Of a stretch of DNA of 64,000 bases, positions 54,729-62,903 are shown piece by piece. Position 1 is the stretch's first letter. Every line of letters begins with the position of its first letter. A program made the position numbers and the translations under genes. This DNA is from an uncultured delta proteobacterium (GTDB lineage: Bacteria > Desulfobacterota > Binatia > UBA9968): NCBI GenBank assembly GCA_963737905.1, contig CAVTUQ010000005.1, forward strand, positions 64,001-128,000. The letters are read 5' to 3'. The notes beneath the pieces were generated by a model. That model did no database searches. It was not told the origin of the DNA and worked only from the letters and a program-made list of their open reading frames with translations.

Positions 54729-54776
54729 GTTTTCTCCTTTCGTATTTTTTGAACGTTTCATTTGGATCGCGAGCAG

Positions 54777-54792
54777 AGCAACGCAAATGCCA
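54777..54792 (-). promoter_or_regulatory. sigma54 (-24/-12) promoter
   Basis: TGGCATTTGCGTTGCT: GG-N10-GC, close to the TGGCACG-N4-TTGCW consensus, about 50 nt before the ATG. Confidence 0.65.
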
Positions 54793-55042
54793 CCGCGCCG
54801 AAAGGGGCTAACTCACTGATCTTGCCCAGGTCACACTGGAACCGGCTTAAAAACCGCTCAGTAAAAATTACCTGTCACAAGTGAAAATGTGAGGATTAAG
54901 TGGTGGGTTCCCTGGACTGACTTAGAATCCAGACCGTAAAATTAAATGACACCCTAACAATTTTACCGTCCTAGCTGGCCTTTACAGGCACGAGAAAAAC
55001 CGAAACCCTCCATTTTCTTACCTGATTGGTAAATCTTTGCTT

Positions 55043-55058
55043 TGGCTTAGAAATTGCC
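55043..55058 (+). promoter_or_regulatory. possible divergent sigma54 promoter
   Basis: TGGCTTAGAAATTGCC: GG-N10-GC. Confidence 0.45.
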
Positions 55059-55072
55059 TTGACACTTGCCAT

Positions 55073-55501
55073 ATGAAACCAGAGAGAAGTCGGCTTAATC
55101 TTTTTTTGGTTGTTTGTTTGCTGCCCTTGCTAACCGGTTGCGCGGCCGTAGGGTTGACTCTCTTTGGTGTCGGCGCCGGAGTCGCCACAGGCACCACGGT
55201 TTCCTATACGCTGGACGGGATTGCTTACCGTACGTTCACTGTGCCCTTGCCCAAAGTCGAGAACGCCACACGCACAGCTCTAAATCAAATGGGCATAAAG
55301 GTTGATGCGACAGCGAAGACCGAGCAAGGAAAAGCCATCTCAGCCAGCGCAAACGATCGACAGATCGAGATCGAATTTGAAGCGGTCAGTTCCAAGACGA
55401 CGAGAATGCGCACGGTTGCTAAACAAGGATTATTTTTTAAAGACAGGGCCACAGCGGCGGAGATTATCATGCAAACAGAAAAGGTGTTGGGTCTGAGCTG
55501 A
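55073..55501 (+). CDS. DUF3568-like lipoprotein
   Basis: LTGC lipobox, Gly/Ala-rich segment, V..A...AL..M.I, T.MR, D...A..I. Confidence 0.75.
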   Translation: MKPERSRLNLFLVVCLLPLLTGCAAVGLTLFGVGAGVATGTTVSYTLDGIAYRTFTVPLPKVENATRTALNQMGIKVDATAKTEQGKAISASANDRQIEIEFEAVSSKTTRMRTVAKQGLFFKDRATAAEIIMQTEKVLGLS

Positions 55502-55631
55502 ACGTGCTCACGCAAAATCATAATGAAAATAAAAGCTCCATTCGTTACAGCTGCTACAGCCTAAGTTCTGAAATCTTTACTGATGCTGCCTCCACGTTGA
55601 ATAGACAGAGCAATTAGAGGGTAAGAAAACT

Positions 55632-56072
55632 ATGAAAATTTTTAAGAATTCGTTGATTACCATGCAAGCTACGCTTTTGTTCGTGGCTTTCCTTTGGATT
55701 CATTTGTTCGGGGTCGCGGCGGCGTTGGCGTCGGACAAGGACCGGCCGGCGCACTTTCTTCCGGAAGAGAGGACGATAATTTACGAGTACTATCACCGAG
55801 GGTCGCCGTCGAAGGGTCTGCCGCCAGGATTGGCGAAGAAAGGCAAGCTGCCACCTGGGTTACAGAAACACTTGGACAAAAATGGGAAGCTCCCGCCAGG
55901 ACTACAGAAACGGCTAGAGCCTCTTCCACGGGATCTGGAAGTGCGGCTACCGCGCTTACCCGATTATTGGGAAAGAGTCATTCTTCAGGAACATGTCGTT
56001 CTGATCGACCGCCGCACCCAGCGAATATTAGACATCATTGAGAACGTGATTGGGCTAGCGACGGGAAGTTAG
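55632..56072 (+). CDS. exported protein with LPPGL(A/Q)K repeats (RcnB/CigR-like)
   Basis: Signal peptide; LPPGLAKK, LPPGLQKH, LPPGLQKR; C-terminal VLID..T..ILDII. Confidence 0.75.
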   Translation: MKIFKNSLITMQATLLFVAFLWIHLFGVAAALASDKDRPAHFLPEERTIIYEYYHRGSPSKGLPPGLAKKGKLPPGLQKHLDKNGKLPPGLQKRLEPLPRDLEVRLPRLPDYWERVILQEHVVLIDRRTQRILDIIENVIGLATGS

Positions 56073-56178
56073 ATATTCTACTTCCGAGGCAGCGGCTAAC
56101 CTACCCGTGGTCTGTTTTTTTGTCCCACTCGGTGATCCTAGCGACACTGCACCAAGTCCAAAAGGGCGGACTGTTTCT

Positions 56179-56748
56179 TCATAGAGGCGCTCCGGCTTTT
56201 TTCAGCCCTTCACGGGCGCGCTCTGAAGTCATCGGCCCGATGACGACATCGCGGATCGTGCCCTGGGCGTCAATGAAAAATGTCGCAGGCGGGCCGAAGA
56301 TACGATAGGCCCGCTTGACCGTGCTATTCAGGTCCAAGGCGATGGGAAAGACGAGTCCGGCTTCTATGGCATATTCCGTCACGGCGGCGCGAGTGTCTTC
56401 GACGGCAATGCCCAGCACCGCGTAACCGTCCTTGCTCGCCTTGGATGCGAGCCCGTTTATCAGCGGCATTTCCTCCCGGCAGGGATCGCACCAGCTTGCG
56501 AAGAAGTTCATCATCAGGGGTCTGCCGCGAAGCGTATCGAGCCCAATGGGTTTACCATCGAGAGTTCTCAACTCAAAACCGATGGCGGTGCTGCCAACGG
56601 TAGGTGCAGATTTTTGGCCGACTTGGGGGATACCTTGCGTCCAACCGGCGCTCGGATGCAGCGCAAGATCCATCGGAAAACATAACAACGCAAACCATCC
56701 GGCGATGGAGATCAAACGCTTCGTCATTTCCCGCACCGATGGCATCAT
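56179..56748 (-). CDS. TlpA/ResA-family thiol-disulfide reductase
   Basis: NFFASWCDPCREEMP, PATFFID; ATGA coupling to the upstream gene. Confidence 0.93.
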   Translation of the reverse strand: MMPSVREMTKRLISIAGWFALLCFPMDLALHPSAGWTQGIPQVGQKSAPTVGSTAIGFELRTLDGKPIGLDTLRGRPLMMNFFASWCDPCREEMPLINGLASKASKDGYAVLGIAVEDTRAAVTEYAIEAGLVFPIALDLNSTVKRAYRIFGPPATFFIDAQGTIRDVVIGPMTSERAREGLKKAGAPL

Positions 56749-58091
56749 TGTTTCTCTACTCTCGCGTTTTTTAGGACTACCCATGAGTCTTCTCCATCGG
56801 TTTCTGTCCAGGCGACATGGAGTTGATGATTGGAAAGCGCCAACGCCGGCCGGTTGGCATTACCTTTCGCCTGGCTGATTTGCTGGACCGGACTCCACGT
56901 CTTGCCGTCCGGAGCGAGACTGCGGACGAAAATCTGCGACTTGCTCGCTCCATCCAAGTTATCCCATGCAAAATAGACCCGACCGTCTTCGGCTACCGCC
57001 ATCGTCGTGTGGAGTATCTCAGCGGCCGTGTTGGCATGAATCAGTTGCCGCGGCGCGAAGCTTCGACCGCCGTCTTTCGAGACGGTGTAGTAAAGGCCGG
57101 CCTCGCTGACCGAACGGCCCAGGGTAAACCAAGTCACGTGGAGATAGCCACGGGCGTCCCGACCGATGGTGGGACCGGAGTGTGGACAAGACGGGACCTG
57201 CCAGCCATCGTCGCTGATCTCAACCGGCGCGCCGAAGGTCGCGCCGCCATCGGTTGATTGCCGCAAAACGTGGTTGCGAATTTGATTTTTGTCAACCTGG
57301 CGATCCACCATATATACGGTCTTGCCGGCATCGGCGAAGGCGATGCCCAGCCGGCAGCATTCGCACAACCCTTCGCCTACCTTGTAGCTTGCCGTCAGGC
57401 GTTGGCCCGTGGCGCCGATGCGCATCAAATAAAGCGAGCGAGGAATCGGGTTGTCGACTCGGCGATCGATCCAAGCCACCAACAACGTATTATCCGGCGC
57501 AACTTCGACGATCGGAAAGCGCGCTGTGTCTTTGATTTCGTTGAGAGTCTCGGCTGGCGTGAAGCCGCCCTTTCCGTCTTCCATTGCGAAACGAATATTG
57601 GCGCGTGTCTTGTCGCCTTTTTCGTTGGGGATCGACCACACCACATAAGCTTTGTTGTCGGGTCCGAAAGCGACCCTGGGCCCGCCTTCCTCTCCCTCGA
57701 TCGCTTCCAAGAGGCCGTTGATTTGTCTGGGACGCGACCAAGTCTTGCCGTTATCGGCGGAAGAAGCCAGCAAAGCCATGCGCATCGGTGAGGCAGGCCT
57801 TTTCATGCGGGAGTCGTGCTGATGAGCGGGCGATAGCTTGGCTTGAGGCTGCGGCCGGTCGTCGTCTTCCGTCCAGACGGCGAACAATCGGCCGTCGGGC
57901 GCATACCGCAGGAAAGGCGTCGATGGATTCTGCTCGTTTTTCCCGAGCCGTTGCTCCGGTCCGAAGCTGCTTTCGATGGGTTGACGAGCATTGCCCGGCA
58001 CGACGAGATCCGAGCCGCAGCCAAAGAGCATCAGACTGAATATAAGCGGACCTGCAATAATGGCAAGAATTCGGGTGAATTGTGTGTGCAT
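56745..58091 (-). CDS. BNR/Asp-box (sialidase-like) beta-propeller lipoprotein with CECC and CPH motifs
   Basis: LFGC lipobox; Asp-boxes SADNGKTW, STDGGATF, SKDGGRSF, PDGKTW; CECC, CPHSGP. Confidence 0.85.
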   Translation of the reverse strand: MHTQFTRILAIIAGPLIFSLMLFGCGSDLVVPGNARQPIESSFGPEQRLGKNEQNPSTPFLRYAPDGRLFAVWTEDDDRPQPQAKLSPAHQHDSRMKRPASPMRMALLASSADNGKTWSRPRQINGLLEAIEGEEGGPRVAFGPDNKAYVVWSIPNEKGDKTRANIRFAMEDGKGGFTPAETLNEIKDTARFPIVEVAPDNTLLVAWIDRRVDNPIPRSLYLMRIGATGQRLTASYKVGEGLCECCRLGIAFADAGKTVYMVDRQVDKNQIRNHVLRQSTDGGATFGAPVEISDDGWQVPSCPHSGPTIGRDARGYLHVTWFTLGRSVSEAGLYYTVSKDGGRSFAPRQLIHANTAAEILHTTMAVAEDGRVYFAWDNLDGASKSQIFVRSLAPDGKTWSPVQQISQAKGNANRPALALSNHQLHVAWTETDGEDSWVVLKNARVEKQ

Positions 58092-58118
58092 GATTAGCCT
58101 CCTAGTTTCGGCGAATTG

Positions 58119-58535
58119 TCACTTGGTTGTGAAAGTGACTTTGTCCGTAGCGGCGAGCTCCGTCTTATGATCCTCTGTGGCGACCCTTAGTTCAAGCGTA
58201 TGTTGACCCGGTTTGATCCCATTTAAGGTCCCTTTCTCGGTTTGGAACATGCCCATCATCTCCCCGTCGACATAGGCATGCACATGCTCGCCCCGTTTAC
58301 CTTTAGTGAGCTTGAATTCAAGCGGTACCTTATCGCCCGTGATCATTTGGCCAGCTTTAGGTGAGATGATCTTTACGCTGGCACCTTCCGCCGGCTGGAG
58401 GGTGGATTTATCCGGCATTTTATCGGCGTGCTTCATCGGCATATCCATGCCTTTCATGTGGTCTTGAGCCACTGTTGCGATGGGAGTGGAAAAAATCCAT
58501 GCCGTCGCGACGATTGTAATAAGTGAGTTTTTCAT
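58119..58535 (-). CDS. exported Met/His-rich protein with an HxH..PGxH..DH Ig-like domain
   Basis: AGGAG RBS, signal peptide, QDHMKGMDMPMKH linker; domain duplicated in the CopD C-terminus. Confidence 0.8.
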   Translation of the reverse strand: MKNSLITIVATAWIFSTPIATVAQDHMKGMDMPMKHADKMPDKSTLQPAEGASVKIISPKAGQMITGDKVPLEFKLTKGKRGEHVHAYVDGEMMGMFQTEKGTLNGIKPGQHTLELRVATEDHKTELAATDKVTFTTK

Positions 58536-58552
58536 TGTGTCTCCTCTTCTTT

Positions 58553-59806
58553 TTATTTGACTATGAATTCAACGCGGTCTCGTGCATCCAATTCGGTTTG
58601 ATGATCTTCGGTAACCACCCGAAGCTCCAAGATATGAGACCCCGGTCCAATACCATTCAAGGTTCCTTGCTTCCCTGTGAACATGCCCATTAACTCGCCG
58701 TCGATGTAGGCGTGAACGTGATAGCCACGTTTGCCCTTGGTTAATTTGAAACGTAACGGGACTCTGTCCCCCGTAAAAACTTGCTCCGCTTTGGGAGAAA
58801 TGATCTCAACACCGGCGCCTTCCGCGGGTTTTAGTAACGGGGTGCTAGGCGCGGCGCTGGATGATGCGTTCGCGAGGGCGTTCTGATGTACGGCATGAAC
58901 GCCGGGTGGAAGCACGGTGAGCAGCCCAGTTACGAAAAAAACCAGCAAGGCGAGGAAGCTTTCCGCGCCGATCCGCCTCAAAGCTCTGGGCGCCAGGGAA
59001 AGGTCATTGACATTTCCACGGGCGGCTCGAAGGAGCGCGGGACCTGTGGCAAGAAAGTTGAGCGCGCCGAATCCGAGCATCGTGATGAATAGGACCAGCT
59101 TGAGTAAGAGCACTCGACCGTAGTCAGTGCCGAACAGCGTCCGTAGATTGCCGACCTGAATCCAACTCTGGTAGAGACCGGTAAGAACAAGAACTGCGAC
59201 GCTGCCAAGGGCGAGCCGGGAAAAACGACGGATCATCTCTGCCGTCCAGGACAAAGGAAGAGTCATTTTTTTAATGCCACGATGGAGAATCCAGAAAAGC
59301 GCCAACAGGCCGCCGCCCCAAAGCCCTGTGGCAATCAGATGGGCGGCATCGGCCGCCACGACGACCATCGTATCCTCCTTCACAGCGACGGCATGACTAG
59401 TAAAGCTGCGGCCTGCTACGAGCGGGAGAGCAAGAAAGAAAACGCAGCGTATTGCTTTTACGCTCGCCGCCTTTCTCGCGAACCAGAATAGGATAACCAC
59501 CAAGGCGGCGCCGTAGACTTCCCGTAAGAGCCAGACTTTGCCGCTTTGAGTCATGAAGAGGTAGCGAGAAAGAACGTCCAGGGACGGTACAGCACCCCGT
59601 TGGAGCTTTGCGCCTTGTATCACTAGGGAGACCATGGCGATTATTAGGAAAGCGGCGGTCATGTACGCGCCTGAGAACGTCAGCGTTTGTCTCAGTTCTT
59701 TGGGTTCTCCGCCCGGCAGCAGAAAGCCCGCTGTGACGAGAACGCCGAGCAGAAACCCGAGGACGGCGTAGCCCATCCCTGAGACGATTGCTTCTAACGA
59801 GAGCAT
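58553..59806 (-). CDS. copD: CopD-family copper transport protein with a fused C-terminal His-motif domain
   Basis: TSHA, AAHLIATGLWGGGL, RRFS, T.YG..L..K; extra ~93-aa C-terminal domain. Confidence 0.88.
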   Translation of the reverse strand: MLSLEAIVSGMGYAVLGFLLGVLVTAGFLLPGGEPKELRQTLTFSGAYMTAAFLIIAMVSLVIQGAKLQRGAVPSLDVLSRYLFMTQSGKVWLLREVYGAALVVILFWFARKAASVKAIRCVFFLALPLVAGRSFTSHAVAVKEDTMVVVAADAAHLIATGLWGGGLLALFWILHRGIKKMTLPLSWTAEMIRRFSRLALGSVAVLVLTGLYQSWIQVGNLRTLFGTDYGRVLLLKLVLFITMLGFGALNFLATGPALLRAARGNVNDLSLAPRALRRIGAESFLALLVFFVTGLLTVLPPGVHAVHQNALANASSSAAPSTPLLKPAEGAGVEIISPKAEQVFTGDRVPLRFKLTKGKRGYHVHAYIDGELMGMFTGKQGTLNGIGPGSHILELRVVTEDHQTELDARDRVEFIVK

Positions 59807-59812
59807 GAGCCG

Positions 59813-60193
59813 TTACTTCCCCACCGTTCCCACCGTAAACTGCAGCAGGCCTTCAGTTACGTGAGTGTCCACCGAAAGAACCTGCCACTCGATGGTGTAA
59901 GTTCCGGGACTCACCGGTTTGAGGTCGATGGCTAGAGTGTCTTCAGCCAATTGACGCAGCTTTCCTTGGCTGACCACTTCACCGTTCGCTCCCTTGACTG
60001 CGATCTGGCTAAACGCGATCTCGACACCTTCAGTGAATTGAATGCGCACCTCCCGCGGCGGCTCTTTGACCTTGGCGCCGTTGTTTGGGATGGAGACCGC
60101 CGGATAAGCATGCGCCCATGCAAGCCCTTCCCTGTCTTGTAGTGAAAGGATTAAGAGCGCCGAGCTAAGGGCGATTAAAAACCTGGAATACAT
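59813..60193 (-). CDS. copC: CopC-family copper-binding protein
   Basis: Signal AWA|HAY (His1), S.P..GA, F.E..E, GTYTIEW..SVDTHVTEG. Confidence 0.92.
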   Translation of the reverse strand: MYSRFLIALSSALLILSLQDREGLAWAHAYPAVSIPNNGAKVKEPPREVRIQFTEGVEIAFSQIAVKGANGEVVSQGKLRQLAEDTLAIDLKPVSPGTYTIEWQVLSVDTHVTEGLLQFTVGTVGK

Positions 60194-60989
60194 AAGTTGA
60201 CTCGTAACTGGTTTTGTCCTTTTGGCCGTCGGGGCGCGGGCTCTCTTGGTCGATCTTTACCCGCGCTAGATAAAAATCCGCGGGGCCGATAGCAAAGGTG
60301 ACTCTTCCTTTCTCGTCCGTCGTTTGATCTTGCACCGATGCAGAACCGTCCATGCGACGAACCAGGGTGACCACCTGCCCCCTCGTGGGTTTTCCCTTTT
60401 GGCGCAGCTCCAAAGTCATGCTGCCGCCGGAGAAAACCGCGAGAGGGTTATTGACGGGGATGAATTCCACAGCGTCTTCGCCGGCGATAAGCCGGTCAAA
60501 ACCCTTTAGGTTCTTTGCCGCCGCAATGGTCGGTACTTTAAACGCTCCGAATGCCGTCTTGGCGATGCGCACCGTTACGAGCTTCGGCCCATCTCCCTGC
60601 TGCAGACTTCGCGCCTGACGAGCCACGGCCTGGTAAAGGCCTTCATCGTTTGGGACATACACCGCGAGATAAAAACCCTTGGGCCCTTTCGGGCCGACCT
60701 TTTCTTCGTCCTCCCCCAGATCGACGATGCGGTCCGTAAGCGTATTTTGTTTTCCCTTCGCGTCGACGACTGCCAGCGCAGTGTACTTGCCGTCCCACTT
60801 TCCTGCGATACGGTAGCTCTTGTGTTCATTTGAGTGATTGCCTTGGACGAGAGCGATGTTTGCTACCTGTCCTTTTTCAATGATCGTCGGAGTCACCTCG
60901 ACCCAGCCGTCGTGGCTTAAGGCTGAGAATGGATGGAGAAAAAGCAAGGCGACAAAGAGTGATAAACTTGCTTTACTCATTCGGATCAT
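60165..60989 (-). CDS. DUF4198 (CbiK/NikK-like) periplasmic metal-uptake accessory protein
   Basis: ALS|HDGW, G.H, E.IP..NP, GKP, TTDEKG.V.F. Confidence 0.75.
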   Translation of the reverse strand: MIRMSKASLSLFVALLFLHPFSALSHDGWVEVTPTIIEKGQVANIALVQGNHSNEHKSYRIAGKWDGKYTALAVVDAKGKQNTLTDRIVDLGEDEEKVGPKGPKGFYLAVYVPNDEGLYQAVARQARSLQQGDGPKLVTVRIAKTAFGAFKVPTIAAAKNLKGFDRLIAGEDAVEFIPVNNPLAVFSGGSMTLELRQKGKPTRGQVVTLVRRMDGSASVQDQTTDEKGRVTFAIGPADFYLARVKIDQESPRPDGQKDKTSYESTYVFQVFNRP

Positions 60990-61079
60990 TTATTTCTCCT
61001 CTAAAAATAGCCGTCCCTTTAGCGCGAGGATGGTTTCGTTTGGCGACTCCTGAGACTCAAAACCAACAAGTCGCTCCTG

Positions 61080-61463
61080 TTATTTTTTCGCTATGGCGAA
61101 GGTAAAATCCCCCTCTGTTACATGCGTGTCTTTCGCTAATGCCTTCCAGTAAACGTGATAGGTACCGGACGCCAAGGGTTGAAGATCGACTTCAAGTACA
61201 CTGGCGTCCGGACCGTTTACGCGGCTGTTACCTTTATCGACTTGCTGTTTCATCGAATTGAAGACTGTGATGCTGCTGAAGGCCGGTTCCAGCTCCCCGT
61301 CAAACCAGATCGTCACTTTTGGCGGCGCAACAGGGATCGTCCAGCCAACTCTCGGGTCCGAACGCACCGGAAAAGCGTGCGCCTGGGCGAGGGTTTGAAA
61401 CGCGGTTATGCCGAGTATCAAAGCCAATGACAAGCTCAGAACCATTTTTTCTAGCGGTCTCAT
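61080..61463 (-). CDS. copC: CopC-family copper-binding protein, second copy
   Basis: AQA|HAF, LEPAFS, GTYHVYW..DTHVTEG; ATGA coupling to the upstream gene. Confidence 0.92.
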   Translation of the reverse strand: MRPLEKMVLSLSLALILGITAFQTLAQAHAFPVRSDPRVGWTIPVAPPKVTIWFDGELEPAFSSITVFNSMKQQVDKGNSRVNGPDASVLEVDLQPLASGTYHVYWKALAKDTHVTEGDFTFAIAKK

Positions 61464-62404
61464 CTCGGTATCGGCGTCGGGCCGATCACTCCCCATGGCG
61501 TCCACGTGAAAATATTGGGCCAGAGATCGTCGATGAAAAGATGGATTAAAGCATTTACGCCGGCGTTTTTGCCTGCAACGTTGTTCAACGGTAGCTTCGC
61601 TTCCAAGCCAAGTTCGACGTATCTTCCCACCCATATTAGACCCGGATTAGCGAAAGCAGCGGTCTGGCCGCGATCAGGTTTGGAGGCGTTCGTAGTGAAG
61701 TTAAATTCAACGACCGGAAACATGCGGTCAAACGGCGCACCGAGCCCAACATCCTTAACAAATGATTGCAAATAGGGAACGCTGTAGATCACGGCGACTC
61801 CATAATCGAGCGTGGTTGGATTGTGCTCCTTATCATCGCCGCTGCCGGTTGTCCGGTTAGCTGGATTATTGACGTTAAACTGGCCGTTGATCGAGAAAGG
61901 CTTCAGGTAGGCCAAGGAGTCAGGCAAGTCGCCGAAACCTTTCCCAAAAAAAAGGGCCGGAGAAATGGTAGTGACTCTTTCCGCCACCCTTTGGGGGCCG
62001 ACCCCACCAGGCTCTACCCCTAAGCCGACACTAAAGATACCCTCATGCTCAGGACTTGTCAGAGAAACATATTTGAAGCCGAATTCAGGGTTGCCTGCTC
62101 CCGAGGTACTAGATTCGCCTGCCTCTCTTGGATTGAAAAACAGATAGTCCCATCCGACGGTTACGGCGAAGTCGGGCGTCAGACGCTTCGAGAACTCAAA
62201 ACCGACACTGCTCTCTCTTCCTTCTTTGTTGTTGCTTCCCCATTCGACTTTCAGGAGATCCAATTCGTCGGACGCGAAAGGGTCATCTACGACCAGGGTT
62301 GTCGGAATAAACCGCTTTCCTATGACCCCGTGACCGTACGTCGATCTGACGGCGAAGAATAAACTCACCAGTAAAGACAAACTTATGACGACACATTTTT
62401 TCAT
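61460..62404 (-). CDS. putative small outer-membrane beta-barrel protein
   Basis: Signal peptide then HGVIGKRFIPTTLVVDDP; alternating amphipathic strands; GGGAGG RBS. Confidence 0.7.
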   Translation of the reverse strand: MKKCVVISLSLLVSLFFAVRSTYGHGVIGKRFIPTTLVVDDPFASDELDLLKVEWGSNNKEGRESSVGFEFSKRLTPDFAVTVGWDYLFFNPREAGESSTSGAGNPEFGFKYVSLTSPEHEGIFSVGLGVEPGGVGPQRVAERVTTISPALFFGKGFGDLPDSLAYLKPFSINGQFNVNNPANRTTGSGDDKEHNPTTLDYGVAVIYSVPYLQSFVKDVGLGAPFDRMFPVVEFNFTTNASKPDRGQTAAFANPGLIWVGRYVELGLEAKLPLNNVAGKNAGVNALIHLFIDDLWPNIFTWTPWGVIGPTPIPR

Positions 62405-62482
62405 CGAGTCCTCCCATAGAACGAGTCATCAGAGCTGGGTTGTTACCCGGCCCTAACCAATATTAGGAGAGTGATTCGATAA

Positions 62483-62866
62483 CTAGTAGAGAAGTGTGTC
62501 TTTAGGAGGCGCTCTCTGGAAAAAAAGGAAGGCAGTGAATAAATCGACCCACTGTCTTGTCTGTGGGCGAAATGATTCTAATTGCGCTTCAACGAAAGGC
62601 AGTTCAACCAGTGCGGCCTGGCCTAGATGGCAGCTCTGGGCGACGGATTGAATTGCGCAGTCGGTTTGAGCGGGCTTGGTTGGGTTCTGACCATGTTCGT
62701 GGCTTTCTGGATCAACTTGAGTTTCATCGTGTGCGTGGCCAAGCCCCTCAAAAAAATGATGCACCCGATGTGGCTGGGAAACACTCAGGAAGAGCAAAAA
62801 CAGCGACCCTATGGCAAGGGCAGTGCAACGACGCAACGCCGAAACTCTTTCAGGCGATTTCTTCAT
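62483..62866 (-). CDS. His-rich membrane-targeted leader peptide with C-terminal RAPP motif (DUF2946/CruR-like)
   Basis: Hydrophobic N-terminal segment, HRVHH..HAH..HEH, C-x8-CH, ends FFQRAPPKDTLLY 78 nt upstream of the next ATG. Confidence 0.75.
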   Translation of the reverse strand: MKKSPERVSALRRCTALAIGSLFLLFLSVSQPHRVHHFFEGLGHAHDETQVDPESHEHGQNPTKPAQTDCAIQSVAQSCHLGQAALVELPFVEAQLESFRPQTRQWVDLFTAFLFFQRAPPKDTLLY

Positions 62867-62903
62867 CGGTTGCTTAGGCTTTTATCCGAATTCGTTCGCC
62901 GGA

